A DNA stretch of 63,683 nt, filler included, from Chrysochromulina tobinii (lineage: Eukaryota): NCBI GenBank assembly GCA_001275005.1. It is 5 parts of 5 records of this genome, joined end to end, with 100 filler letters (N's around TTAATTAATTAA, not from the genome) between each part and the next. Parts side by side here need not be neighbours in the genome. Positions count along the whole stretch, not along the records: positions 1 to 18,940 come from JWZX01001014.1; 4 more parts are not named here. One strand, 5' to 3'. The notes beneath the pieces were generated by a model that saw nothing but the letters and a program-made list of their open reading frames with translations, had not been told where the DNA came from and did not search any database. Position 1 is the first letter of the stretch. Each line of letters starts with the position of its first letter. Both the position numbers and the translations under genes were made by a program. Shown here one piece after another: positions 1 to 12,100 of the stretch.

Positions 1-103
1 AGGGGGTGAGGGGGTGAGGGGGGTGAGAGGGGAGGGGGCAAGGGGGGCGAGAAGAACAGCCACTGGGCGTCCTCATGCGTATGCGAGGCGAGGGCGCACA
101 CAC

Positions 104-3100
104 CTCGACCTCCTTTTCATTCTCCTTTTCTTTCTCGGCCTCGGTCTCGAGGTCCGTCACGCCCACCACGTCACTGACCATCTCGAGGATGCGTGCTCGC
201 TCCTCGTGGTCCTTGGGCTGCAGCAGGTGCTCCCACTCCCGAGCGCGCTCTTCGAGCACGTCCACGTAGGGTCGAGGCAGTGGGGTCTCCGTCGAGACGG
301 TCGTATCGACGCCCTCTACGAAGGCGCTCAGCGCGGCGCTCAGCCGCGCCATAGCTTCGCCTTCCTCGATCGACGGTCGTCGGCTCAGCGGGACGATGCC
401 GCTGCCGCTGCCGCTGCTGCACGACTCGTGGTAGCTCGACGCGCGTGAGCGCTTCGTGTTCACACCCTCGGCGCGCAGGAGCTCGAGCAGCTCAGCGGCC
501 TCGAAGTAGACGCGCGAGTTGTGCCGGTCGAGACCCACCTCGACCGCACGCCCTCGCAGCTCGCGCGTGAGCAGCTCCTCATCGCGCAGCGCGATGGCAC
601 GCCGCAGCACCTCCTCGCAATCCGAGCGCGGCCCGAGCGCCTCAGCCCAAGGAAAGAGCTTGAACGGCTCACCCTCGGGGAAGAGCTCTGCCGGGATGCC
701 ACGCTCCTTCATCATGCGGCGCACACGCTCCTGCTCCTCGCGCATCGTGCGCCGCGCATCGCGCTCGTAGTCGTGCAGCTGCTGCTTCGTCATCTCAATC
801 CGATGCTCGAGCGGCGCCGACTTGCGCTTCTGCTCAAACCACGTGCACATCTTGAGGATCCAGCGAAGCAGGCTCTCTTCAGTCATGGTCATGCTCGAGA
901 GGTCCTCGCCGGAGCTTCCGTCGACTGCGGGCGCCGCCACCGCCGACTTGCCCTCGTCCTCGTCCCCGTCCTCGTCCTCGTCGATGTAGCTTTCGGAGCA
1001 TCCGGGGCACAGATCGTAGCGGCAGCCCGAGCAGTGGAAAAAGTGCGAAAAGTCGTTGGCCATTTCGCCGTGGTGCACACACGTCTGGCCGCAGTCGTCG
1101 CACTGGGCACTGCTGCCATAACCAGGCGGCACCATGGTCAAGCTTTGCATCCGCTTGCCGCACGATTGGCAGCTCGGCGTGGGTCCGCTGAGCACGCTCT
1201 TCGCCTCCTTGGCCTCCAACTCCTTGACGAGCTGCTTCATGTCGACGCCCTTTTGGGCGTCCCGAACTGCACGTACGGCCGCTGGAGTGATCACGCTCCG
1301 GTCAAAGTCACCGAAGCGCAGCTGGCCGCTGAGCAGACTGTGAGCTCGCTTAGCCGCGGGCAGGCACTGGACGATCTCGACTGCCCTCTTCTCGTCGCCG
1401 TTGACGCGCTCAATGAGCCACTGCACCTGCGGAAGCGAGATTCTCATACCGTCGTCGATCAAGGCCTTGCGCAGCCGGCGTGCCTGCGCGGCCTGCTTGG
1501 CCGCGCCGCTCGAGGTGCTCAGGACAGCGTCGAGCTCCGCCTGCGCGCCGGCGATCGCTTCCTTGAGCTGGGCAATGGCCTTGCGGCTCTCTGAGTGCTG
1601 GTGCACCATCTGCATCAAGTTCGTGAGTATGAGAAGGTAGTCGTGCAGCCGGACCATCACCTCGACGATCGCGTTGTGCTCGTCATTTGTGGCCGCCTCT
1701 TGCATCGCCTCCTTGCTCACGTCCTGGAGGAGACTCCCAGCCTTGCCCCACTGCTCGAGGAACTTGTCGTTCGACATGCCCTTCTTGATCAGGTCGAGGG
1801 GCGAGCGGGTGAGCAGCTGGATCATGTCGGCAAAGTTCGTAGCTGCCAGCTCGAAAGGGTTTTCACGCTCCTTCTCCATCTTCTCGAGCAAGCCCGGCTT
1901 GTTCGCCATCAGGAAGAGAGTGACGAGGGTGGGCACCATGTGCGCCTCTTTGACGTTGGGGGGGTGGTGGAGCGCGAGCTTGCCGTCGGCGACGCTCTGA
2001 AGCGTCTTATCGGCGCCGGAGAAGGAGCCGCTCACGCGCGACGCCTGTTGCTCGACATTCTGCTCTTGGTGCTTGGCATTCTTGACACCCAGCTCGAGCG
2101 TGCGCTCATTCTCGTTCAGAATCGACTCGTACCGGTCGATGCGCTGCTGCAGCTTACTCACGTGCTCGAACTCCTCGTCATCGTCCTCGTCGTCGTCGTC
2201 GCCAGCATCCTGCTCGGCGGCCGCGGCCAACTTACCGCCGTCGCCCGCCTGAAGCCGCAATACCGTCTTCTTGCCCTCCTGGATCATCTTTGCCAGCCTC
2301 TCCTCCTCATTCAGAATTCGGACGGCCCTCTCCACGCGTGCCGCGTCATCGCCCTCGAGGCCTACGCCGTCGACTGACAGGATGGTCGTGCCGTACGGCA
2401 GCGTGACCCGCGTGCTCTTGAGCAACCTGGGCGGCGCAGCAGAGACAGGCTCGAGCGTCCCTTGCAGCCGCACCTCTGCGTGACGCAACGTCAGGCTATG
2501 GCCGCCGCCACCGCCCACCCGGTAACCGAGCTCGAGCTTCCCATCGGGTAGCCGGGGTCCCGCCAACGGTATCATCGCCCTGAGCGGAACGGAAGAATGC
2601 GGCGCCGGCTCAGGGGCAATTTCCTTCCAATTGCCCATCATCTTCGAGCCGCTCGTTGAGAGCATCTCGTAGCGCGCGTACAGCATGCCCTTGCGGTTGC
2701 CCCAGCCCTGATCGTTCCAAGTGCACTCAAGCACGACCACGTCCGCGCCGCGCGTCAGTACCATCGCCCAGCTGCAAATACCGTCGTCACCATTCGCTGT
2801 GTTGACGTCCTCGAGCGTCACGGTGTGGCCGACGCCCACCTTGAGCTGACGATGAGGAGGCTCCTCTTCGCCGACTTCCTCTGCGCGTGGCACGCCGCCG
2901 CGCACCTTGTCATAGACGATCTTCACGGGTTGCTTGGCGAGCTCATCTGGCAAACCTTGAGGGGCGCCCACCTCGAGCTCGAAGGACTTTAGTGAGCCGC
3001 CCGCGTCAGAAAAGGTGGCGACCATGAGGAGCGCCGAGCGCAGTACACCCGTATCGTCGATCGAGTCGAGGCCGACGAGGTCGCACAAGCAGCGGCAGAT

Positions 3101-6100
3101 CTCGCGCATGGCCTTCGTGCATGAGCTGATCTCCATCGCGCTCGAGGCCTCGTCGTTGGCAATGACCAGGTTCAGCAGCGCGATGAGCCAGCCGCGCAGC
3201 GCGGCTGCGAGCGGCTCATCGGCCTCTCCGCAGTCTTCACTGTCAGCGTACCGATGAATCTGCATCGTAGCATTGCTCGGCAGCGCATCGGGCCGGGGCT
3301 CGACGCTGAGCAGCCGCCGGCGCAGCGCCTCCGGGCTTACGCGCATCAGCCGCTGTTGTGCCATCGCAAAGTCGGGCCGAATGTCGAAGATGGCGCAGAT
3401 GACACGCACGGCCCGCGTGACTGCTTCCGATGGCATGGTGGTCTTGCGCAGCTCGTCGAAGTCTTCGACGGGCACCTGGATGAGCGCGGCCTTGGCCTCC
3501 TCGTAGCGAAGCTTGGCTGCCTCGAGCCGCGCCTTGAGCTCGCCTGGGAGCTCGGGCTCCTTGACGAAGTCGAGCATCTCCTTGAGGACGAGCGCCGTTC
3601 TGGGCGCCTTGGCGTCGCCATCAGCCGCCCTCGCGAAGCCTTCATCAAGAGCCTTGGCCGTTGCGTCCACCGCATTCCCGTGCGGCAGCAGCATGTTGCG
3701 ATCACTCTCGAGGCGCTTGCGCAGGCTCGCAAGTGAGTCTTGCATATGCTTTACCATGTAGTTGTCGCTGCCGCGCTTGGCCTGATTCTCTGCCGCCTGC
3801 AGCGTGTACGCGAGCCCGAGCAGCGCGGCACCGTTGCGCGTGATCGTGTCGCCCTCGACGCCGATGAGCACCACCTTGTCTGCTTCATCGGTCGCGTCGA
3901 AGAGCGAGCGCAGCTGCTCGCGCCGCAGGTCGGCGGTGAAGGGGAGCGCGAGCCACGGCATCTGGCTGAAGCGCTCGTGGAAGTCGGACACGGAGCTCGC
4001 CGCGGTCAGGTACACAAACTCGACCTCGCCCGCGTCGAAGTCTCCGTCTTTATTGACGACGCCAAGCGCCTTGTGCACGTACTTCATGGCCTCAAGCAGC
4101 ATGCTGCGCTTCGAACGCATCGAGTCGTCCTCGTCCATGTACTTATCCGCCGCCTCAAAGTACAAGCCGACCACCTTCCCATCGAGCGCGCGCTTCGACG
4201 AGACGGCGGACGACATGGTGACCTTCTCGAAGGTGTCCCCAAGCAGCTCGCGTGCGAAGCCGCGCGTGAGCTCGGGGCGCACCTTGAAGTGCTCGTGGCC
4301 GCGCAGCAGTGTCTTCCACGCGTTCTCGCGCCACAGATTCGCAAGGTTCTGTGCGCACAGCTGGTCGAACTGGACGCGCTCGGTGCGCATCGAGTTGATC
4401 ACGAGCCACGCGGCCACATCGGAGAGCATCTCGGACTGCGGTCCGCGCTCATTGCGCACGATCCTCGCCTTCTTGAGCTGTCGCTTCATAAGCTCCTCGA
4501 CCTCGGGGATGACCAGCATCGTGACCGTCTGCCCCTTGGCGATGCCGCGCATCCGAAAGGCTCCCTGCGCGACGTCACGGAAGACCATGATGAGGGACGC
4601 AATCAGTCGCAATCAGTGGCCATCAGTGACCATCAGACGCAATCAATGGTCAGCAGAGGCCCTCACCTGCGCGAGGTCACGGAAGACCATATCCTTGCCG
4701 AGCGTAAGGGCGGCTCTGGCGGAGAGCATGTGGGTGATGTCCATGCCCGTGGTATGGATCTGGTCGTAGAATGCAAACCGCTGCTCCAAGCCAATGCCGC
4801 ACTGTGCAAGCTTGAGCACGCGGCCGGTCGCCTTCACCATGATCACCTTCTCGTCGTTCTCGTCGAGGAAGACGACGCCCTCGCACCACTTGGATAGCCC
4901 ACGATCGAGCAGCTCGCGTGCGACCTCCTTGTTAGTCAGCCCGGTGATCAGGGCGCCCGTGTCGATGAGCGCGTGGAAGCGCGGCTCGGCGTTGGCAATG
5001 CGGTCGAGCAGTGTGCCCACCGACCAGCCCGGCGGCTGGAACTCGACGGACATGTACTTCTCGTCCGTCAGCACGTGGAGCATCTTACCGTCGCTGCCGA
5101 CTTCGTAGCCGCAGCGGCCGAGGTCGAGAGGCAGCAGGTCGGACGGCGTGCCGCTGAATCCGATGCGGTGGTGCGTGAACAGCATCGCGCCGCCGAGTTC
5201 CTGTCCTGAGGCGGAGAGCTTGATGATCTGATGCTCCATGAAGCGTGGGAAGACGATCTCCTCTAGATACCAATGGATCACGGCGGGAACCTTGAACAGC
5301 AAGTCGAAGAGCTTCTGCAGCTGCTCGTCGTTCGATTCCTTGAGCAGCCAGAGTGGGGCAACCACGCTCTTGTCCGCGTCGGGGTCCCCGCTCGTGTCGG
5401 CCTCGGCGGTCGCGGCGGTCGCAGCGGAGGTGCCCTTCATGAGGCCACCGGCTTGCTCCACCCATCCCTCGTAGAGCAAGCTCGACTTTCGCAGACGGTA
5501 CGGTCCCACCTCCTTCTCGAAGTGCATGCGCAGGTGGCGCATGACGTCTTGCTCGAAATCGTCCTTGCGCAGGCCGTAGTATCGATAGGCGAGCACCGAG
5601 AGGCCGATGATGATGTCCGGATGCGCAAACTCGGAGGCGTTGGACGGCACGTCCTTGCCGAGGAACGGGATGGCGAGCTTGATGCGCGAGCGCGGCATGT
5701 GCGGCTCGATCTTGGCCAGCCGCTTGTAGTCCTCCGGCGAGAGCAAGCCGAAGGTCACGCGGTGAATCTTCTGCAGGCAGTGGGGCAGGAAGACGCGCAG
5801 CCACTCGGCCGCAATGTTCAGCAGTTGCATGTTCTTCAGAGAGAGCTTTGGCCGTGCGTTGATCCGCATGGCGCCGTTTGGAGCCTCTCCTTTGCGCAGC
5901 GCCTTCTGCGTCTCCTCCATGCCGCCGCCACCACCGTCGCCACGGCCGACCTCGTCATTGTCGTCTGCGCCGCCGCCCTCGCCGACACCGCCGCCCATGC
6001 CATCCTTGCCGAAGCCGCCAATGCCTTTGCTCGGTGCCTCCTCCGCCACAGCCTCGACCGCGCCGGCCAGCGCAGTCTCCCCAAAAGGCCTTGGCACCGA

Positions 6101-9100
6101 TGGCAACGTGACCACAAACTCGCGATCAGGCCCAAGAGACGGCGGCACGACGCACGGGATGCAGTTGCCGTAAAAGTACACGTCCACGGCCTCGCCCGCC
6201 GCTTTCCCATCGGGCGCGGTGACCGCAAAGGTGCGTGTGAGCCGCTCGACGTGCACGTGCAGCCGTTGCAGCGCTGCAGCGGCCCTCTGATGCTGCTCGG
6301 CTTCCTCCGTGTCCGAGGGCTCGTCGGCGAGGGCCGCGCTGCGCGCCTTGAGCGCGGCTTCGCGCATGGCGGCCTCCTCCTCCACCTCAGCACTCCAACA
6401 GTGGCCGATGAGGTGCTCGCCGTCCGACATGAGGTACGAGACGATCTCGTCAGAGCTCAGGCCGCCCACGTGGTTGGCCTCGAGCCAGAGCATCTGCCAG
6501 CGCGCCATGACCGGACGCATCGTCGAGTGGTACCATTCGGCATTCAGCAGGGTCAAGTGGGGCGACGACTGCAGCGCCTTTTGGGCGTAGCCGTCCTCGA
6601 TGATCTCGCAGAGCTCTTGAAGGATCGCGTGTGCACGCCCCGACGCCTGAAAGGGGACCGCCATCTTCTTGCGCTCGACGAAGAAGACGGCGTCTAGGCA
6701 GTGGATGGCGCACGTCCAGCGCTCGGGCGACAAGTCGAGCGCGTGCTTGTCGCCGATCGGGAAGTTGAGCTCCGCCTTCAGTGGGTGCAGCAGCAGGTCC
6801 ACCTCGTCCATGATCAAACAGCCTTTGTCGAAGATCTTGAGCGTCTGCGCAAGCGCGCGCACATCGTGCTCCATCGAAGGGTGTTGCTTGCGCTTGGGAT
6901 CGCGCAGCGTGTGCATCTTCTCGAGTAGTTTGAGTTGGAGCGACTTGATGGTCGAGGCGGTGCACATGACGACGCCCCGGTTCTTAGTAGCAGCCTGCAG
7001 CTTCTCGAGCGTCGCCCAAGAGATCTCGGACGAGCGATCGAAGGAGAGCGTGAAGACACGCTTGCGTACGATCGACGAGAAGGTGGCGCGCAGCGTCGCC
7101 TTCGTCTGCTCGAGGAGCGCGGGCGGCATCGTCTGCACCACAAGCGTCTTGCCGTCGCCCAGGATGAGAGACAACATCGGACCGACCACGGTCGTCTTGC
7201 CGCCGCCCATGATCATCTGCTTCACTAGGGGCGTGCCGTTGCGCACCGCGTCGACGTAGTCCATGATCAGCTCGATCTGCGCCTTGCGCAGCACAAGGTT
7301 GTGCGTGAACTCGAAGAGGAGGAAGCGCGGGTCGTACGTGGCCTCGTCCGCGTGCACGTACGAGCGCTTCGTGAGGATCTGCTCGGCGAGCGTCTGAGCC
7401 TTGAGCGTGATCGCCGCGGCCGCCATCGCGCGCTTCGCCGGCTCATCAGGGAAGGCGCCGCCCTTTGGCTGCATCAGCTTGAGAAGGCCGCGCGCCTCGG
7501 TGAGCGACCGATTGATCTGGCCGACTCGCGACGCGTGAAAGATGACCGCCACCACGAAGTCGGACAGCGCTTCCTTGTCGGCGGCGCTCAGGAAGGGGTT
7601 GGTTGCCTGTAGGTCGGCTTCGGCTCGAGTCGAGAGGAGAGTGCAGAAGAGGAACGAAAGGGATGCGAGCATGTTCTGGCCGGCCATCTGGCCGAGCATG
7701 AAGAGCTCGCGTGCGCGATCCTCCTCTTCATCGGTGGCGCCCGGCATCCTCGGCGGTAACGAATGCGCCTTGTGCAGCAGCTGCGGCAGCGCGCGGTTGA
7801 CGTATGCCGCGTCCTCGTCGCGCTGCGCCGAGAGCGCACTGATGAGGTCGTGCAGCTTCGCCTCCGCGGCGCGCCGTGAGACGCTGTCATCAACGATCAG
7901 GGGCGCGTCGACAAAGGTGCAATGATACTCGACTCCCTTGACGTTGTGCTGCTCGGCGTACATCTCGACGTCCTTGACGAGGCGTTTCTTCATGTCGACG
8001 GCCACCTTGGAGCGCGCGTCCGGATGCGCCGACACGTCAAAGCACATCCTCTCGCTTACGGGCGGCAGCCCAAGGGACATGCGCGGCACCTCGACGACGT
8101 ACCCGCCGTCCACACCGATGGTCTTGAGCGGCAGCTGCGAGAAGTGTCGCATCTTCTCGGCGCCGAGGGAGGCGATCTCGAGGGTGGAGGTATCATGCAG
8201 CGTGCGCTTGTCGCAGCTGAAGTCGCTGATGCGCGGGATGGTCTTCGGCTCGTCGTGTAGCATGATGCCCTCGAGCTCGCATCCCTCAAGCGCATTGCCG
8301 GCTGTCCGCTCGTCCACAACGGCCAAAGACTCCGCGGGCTTGGCTGTGCCCCGCTGCACGATCGTTCGCAGCAGGGCAAGCTGCGCCACTTCGAGCTCGA
8401 TCTGCTTGTCGGCCTCCTCGGCCACATCCTCCATCTTACGCGGCTTGAAGCCGCCGTAGCCGCCGTAGCTGCTGTAGCCGCCGTAGCCGCCCGCACCTTC
8501 GCCGTACTCGACGGCTCCTCCGCTCATCCACCCACCCCAGCCCGTGTCGACGGAGCTGCTCGCGCCGCCGTACATGAGCTGCTTCGTGAGCACCTCGGAG
8601 CGCCGATTGACCATCTTGCGCGTGACCTCACGCACAGCGCGCGGCGTGCCGGGTGAGCGCGCGCAGCTCGGACAGCGCCGTGCTGAGCAGCCGGCCGAGC
8701 GACGATTCGACTTCATCGTTAGTAGGCAGTCCAAAGAAACGGTCGCTGCGCCGCTGCGAAGTCGGGCGTAGGTCGACCCATTCTGGCATGAACGGTCCCA
8801 GTGTCGGCACACGCGCCATCGTGAGCAGGATCGAGGCGAGGATCGAATCCTCGGCCAGCCCCGCGCTCACCACACCGAGCAGCAGCGTGGCGAAGCTCCC
8901 ACCAAAGGGATCCGAGCTCACACCATTGCGCACGCCGATGGTTCCCTTGAAGAGCCCGTAGAGGGTGAGGAAGAGGCCGCGCTCTGAGAGGTCAACGCGC
9001 GTGGACCCTGACTGGGGCAGGTCGTTCGCCGACGAAATCAGACCCTTGAGCTCGTCATTGTAGAGCGTGGCCGTCGACTTGAACTCGATCGCCAGGGTCT

Positions 9101-12100
9101 GCAGCAGCTCCTCGAGCTGGCTCTCACCCGCGAGCACAGCCGTTGGGCTCCACAGGTAGATCCACCCGTCCTCGGCAGGCCGCGGCGGCAGCTCCACGTC
9201 GCACTCGGGGACCGCGCCGATCCGGATGCTGCTCGCCAGCCACGCATGGCGTGCGCGCAACTCCGAGCGTCGGTTCTTGCACAGCAGCACCTTGAAGACC
9301 GAATGGCGCTTCTTGTCGAATCGAGCGTCGGCGGGGTCGCAGATGCAGTTCTTGAGGATAATGAGCTCCTCTTCCTCGGTGAGCCGGCACTCGCTTGACA
9401 CGTGTGCGAGCTTGGAGACGTAGCCGGCCATCTCGTTGGACACGTCCCACGGCAGCGTGATGGGTGAGTCGAGCATCACGAGTGAGATCTTGAGTCGACA
9501 CGCGTGCGCGTCCGGGTGCTTGTCGGGCGCGTGGTCGGGGCTGCCCATGAATTGGAGAGTCTGGTTCTGCTCCTTGGAGAGCGCCGTGTCGGACGAGACC
9601 GTGTCCACGAGCTGCACCACCTGTGCATACTGTGCGGACAGGAAGCGGAGGAGCAGCAGGTAGAGCGCCGAGGCGAGCGTGGTCGAGTACAAGAACGAGA
9701 GCGACACGTGCACCGGGTAGATGTAGTACGGCTGGTCGAGGGCCGCGTACCACTCGAGGTCGGAGCGGTCGAGCACGAGCTCAGTCGAGAAAGGCTCCGA
9801 CGCGATGGTGGGCCGGTAGGGCTTCCACACTGGCACGAGCACGTCGATCTTCCCATTCGAGTCCGAGAGCAGCAGCGAATGCGGCAGGCCGGTGAGTAGA
9901 GTGACCGTCTCGTTGCGCTCGTTGGTGATGAACAGGTCGGCATGGTCGACCGAGTAGAGCCGCACGGACCCCTTGACCTCTCGCGCTTCGAAGGTCAGCT
10001 TGAGCCGCGGCAGCGAGACGAGACGCACTTCAGCCTGCGTGATGGCTGCGGGCTCGCGCAGCTCGGCGCGCTCGTCGAAGCTCGCCCACGCGAGCACGTT
10101 TGAGAGTGTCTCAACGCGTGTCATTACCTGCGCGAGCGAGTGCAGGTACGAGCCCTCGGGCGCATGCAGTAGGTCGAGCATCACGAGCTCCTGCTCCGCG
10201 AGCTCCGACTCCGAAGTCGCGCCGGTGGGCCGCGCCGGCTTGGCGGCCTGCTCGGCCGCCCTCCTGGCCGCCGCCTCCGCATCCAGGCTCTCGGCGTCCA
10301 GGTAAGCATTAATAGACTGGAAGATCTTGGTCAGCACGAACTCCGGCACGCGCCGACGCCGGCGCAACCGTCGAAACGGGGCGAGGTCGACGTAGTGGAG
10401 CAGCCGCTCGAATTCAGCGAGATCGACGGCGAGGCGCGCCTCAACGCCCTCCCCAAACCCATGCCCATCGCCCAGTCGGCGCAGCACCGCCGCCATCGCC
10501 TTGCCCACTTCGAAGTTCGCCTCAAACGGGCGCGAGAGGAGAGCGTGAGCCTCGCAGAACAGCTCGAGCACGCCCAGCCCTTTGCGCACCGCCTGGCGCT
10601 GCCGCTCGAGCCGCGTGCGCCTGAGGCGCAGCACGAGCGTGCGCGTGGGTGCGAGGGCACCGTCCTTGGCACGCACCGCATTGAAACGATCACCATGGAA
10701 CGCCACGTGGCCGCCCTTGGCCAGCTGAATGAAGATGACGTGGTTGGCCGCATTCTCGTTGAGGGCTTTGCCCGCATTGTCGCGCACGGGATAGCCGCGT
10801 ATGTGGAAGTCCTCATCTTGCCAATACTCGTACATGAGCGTCGTCATGAGCGCCTCGGGCAGCACGCCGTGCAAGAGCCGGTCTGGAATGAAGGTCTCCA
10901 TGCCGAGCGACAGGTTCGCCTCCATCGAGGCATCCCGCGTGATGACGCACGAGGGTGCGGGCGGCGGCCCAGCGTACGGGTGGCCCGCACCGTGCCGCTC
11001 CCACTCGGGCCACGGGTACTCCCGCGCCCCGGTGGGCGGCTGCATCTCGCGGTAGCAGTAGCGCGCGTCCGACGTGTACTCGAGCACGCGGTAGAAGCGA
11101 GAGCCCACCTCCTCGATGCGATAGACGTGGACCACCTTCCACACGCGATAGACGAAGATCTCGCGCCACACGCCGGGCGTGTCGGGCATCTTGCCCACAA
11201 GGTAGGCGCACGTCGCGTCCAGCGGCAGCGGCGGGTCCTGCAGAAAGATTTGGAGTGCAATCAGAGTGCAATCAGAGTGCAATCAGAGTGCAATCACTCG
11301 CGCATGCAAGAGCTCACCTGCAGGAAGATTTGGAGCGGCGGCGGCTGAGGACCGTTCATGTACCGCAGCCGCACGGGCTCGAGGATGGCAGGTAGCCAGG
11401 CCTTCTCCGACGGGTAGAGCTCATCCACGTAATACTGCCGGAACAGGTCCTGCACGGGCAGCTTGTTGCACGGCAGCCAGCGTGCGATGGTGTGCGAGCG
11501 GCCGACGAGCCGATAGATGGAGCGGAGTGACGAGCGCTCCATGAGCACCGCCTGTATGGCGGCCAGGCCGAAGACGGTGACCACGTCCACGTCCTTGGCC
11601 GTGCTCGAGTCCAGAGCCTGCGGCTGCGCGCCCGTCAGAGTGAGCTGCATCACTTGCACATCCACTTGCATCTCGGTCGCGCACTCTGCGACCGTCGGCA
11701 GCTCCACCCCCTCCGCCGCCGCCCCGGAGCCGCCACCGGTGCGCGAGCCGTTCTGCTGGAAGCGGCCGCGGTTGACTTGGCCGTTCAAGGGCGCCCATCG
11801 CATGCGGGCCTCGTCCGCCCGGGGCATGAGCGAACCCTCGGACTCCGAGACCCGCACAACAGCGTCCATGAGCTCATCGAGCATGAGTTGCGAGGCGCCG
11901 TCGTAGCGCACCCACTGCACAAGCTTGCGGCGCACCACGTGCAGGCACTCGAAGACCTCGGTCTCGGGCACGCGCCAGTCGTCGTAGCTCGCGGCCCCTT
12001 CCTGGCTCCCGAACTCGTCGGCGAGCTGCCGATGGTTCCACTGATGGCGCGTCGAGAGGAAGATCATCCCGCACACGAGCGTCTGCACCAGCGGCTGCGT

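Noticed and set aside
8640..8660. Programmed ribosomal frameshift
   Set aside because: No slippery heptamer is visible. Similar one-base breaks in other genes point to sequence error.
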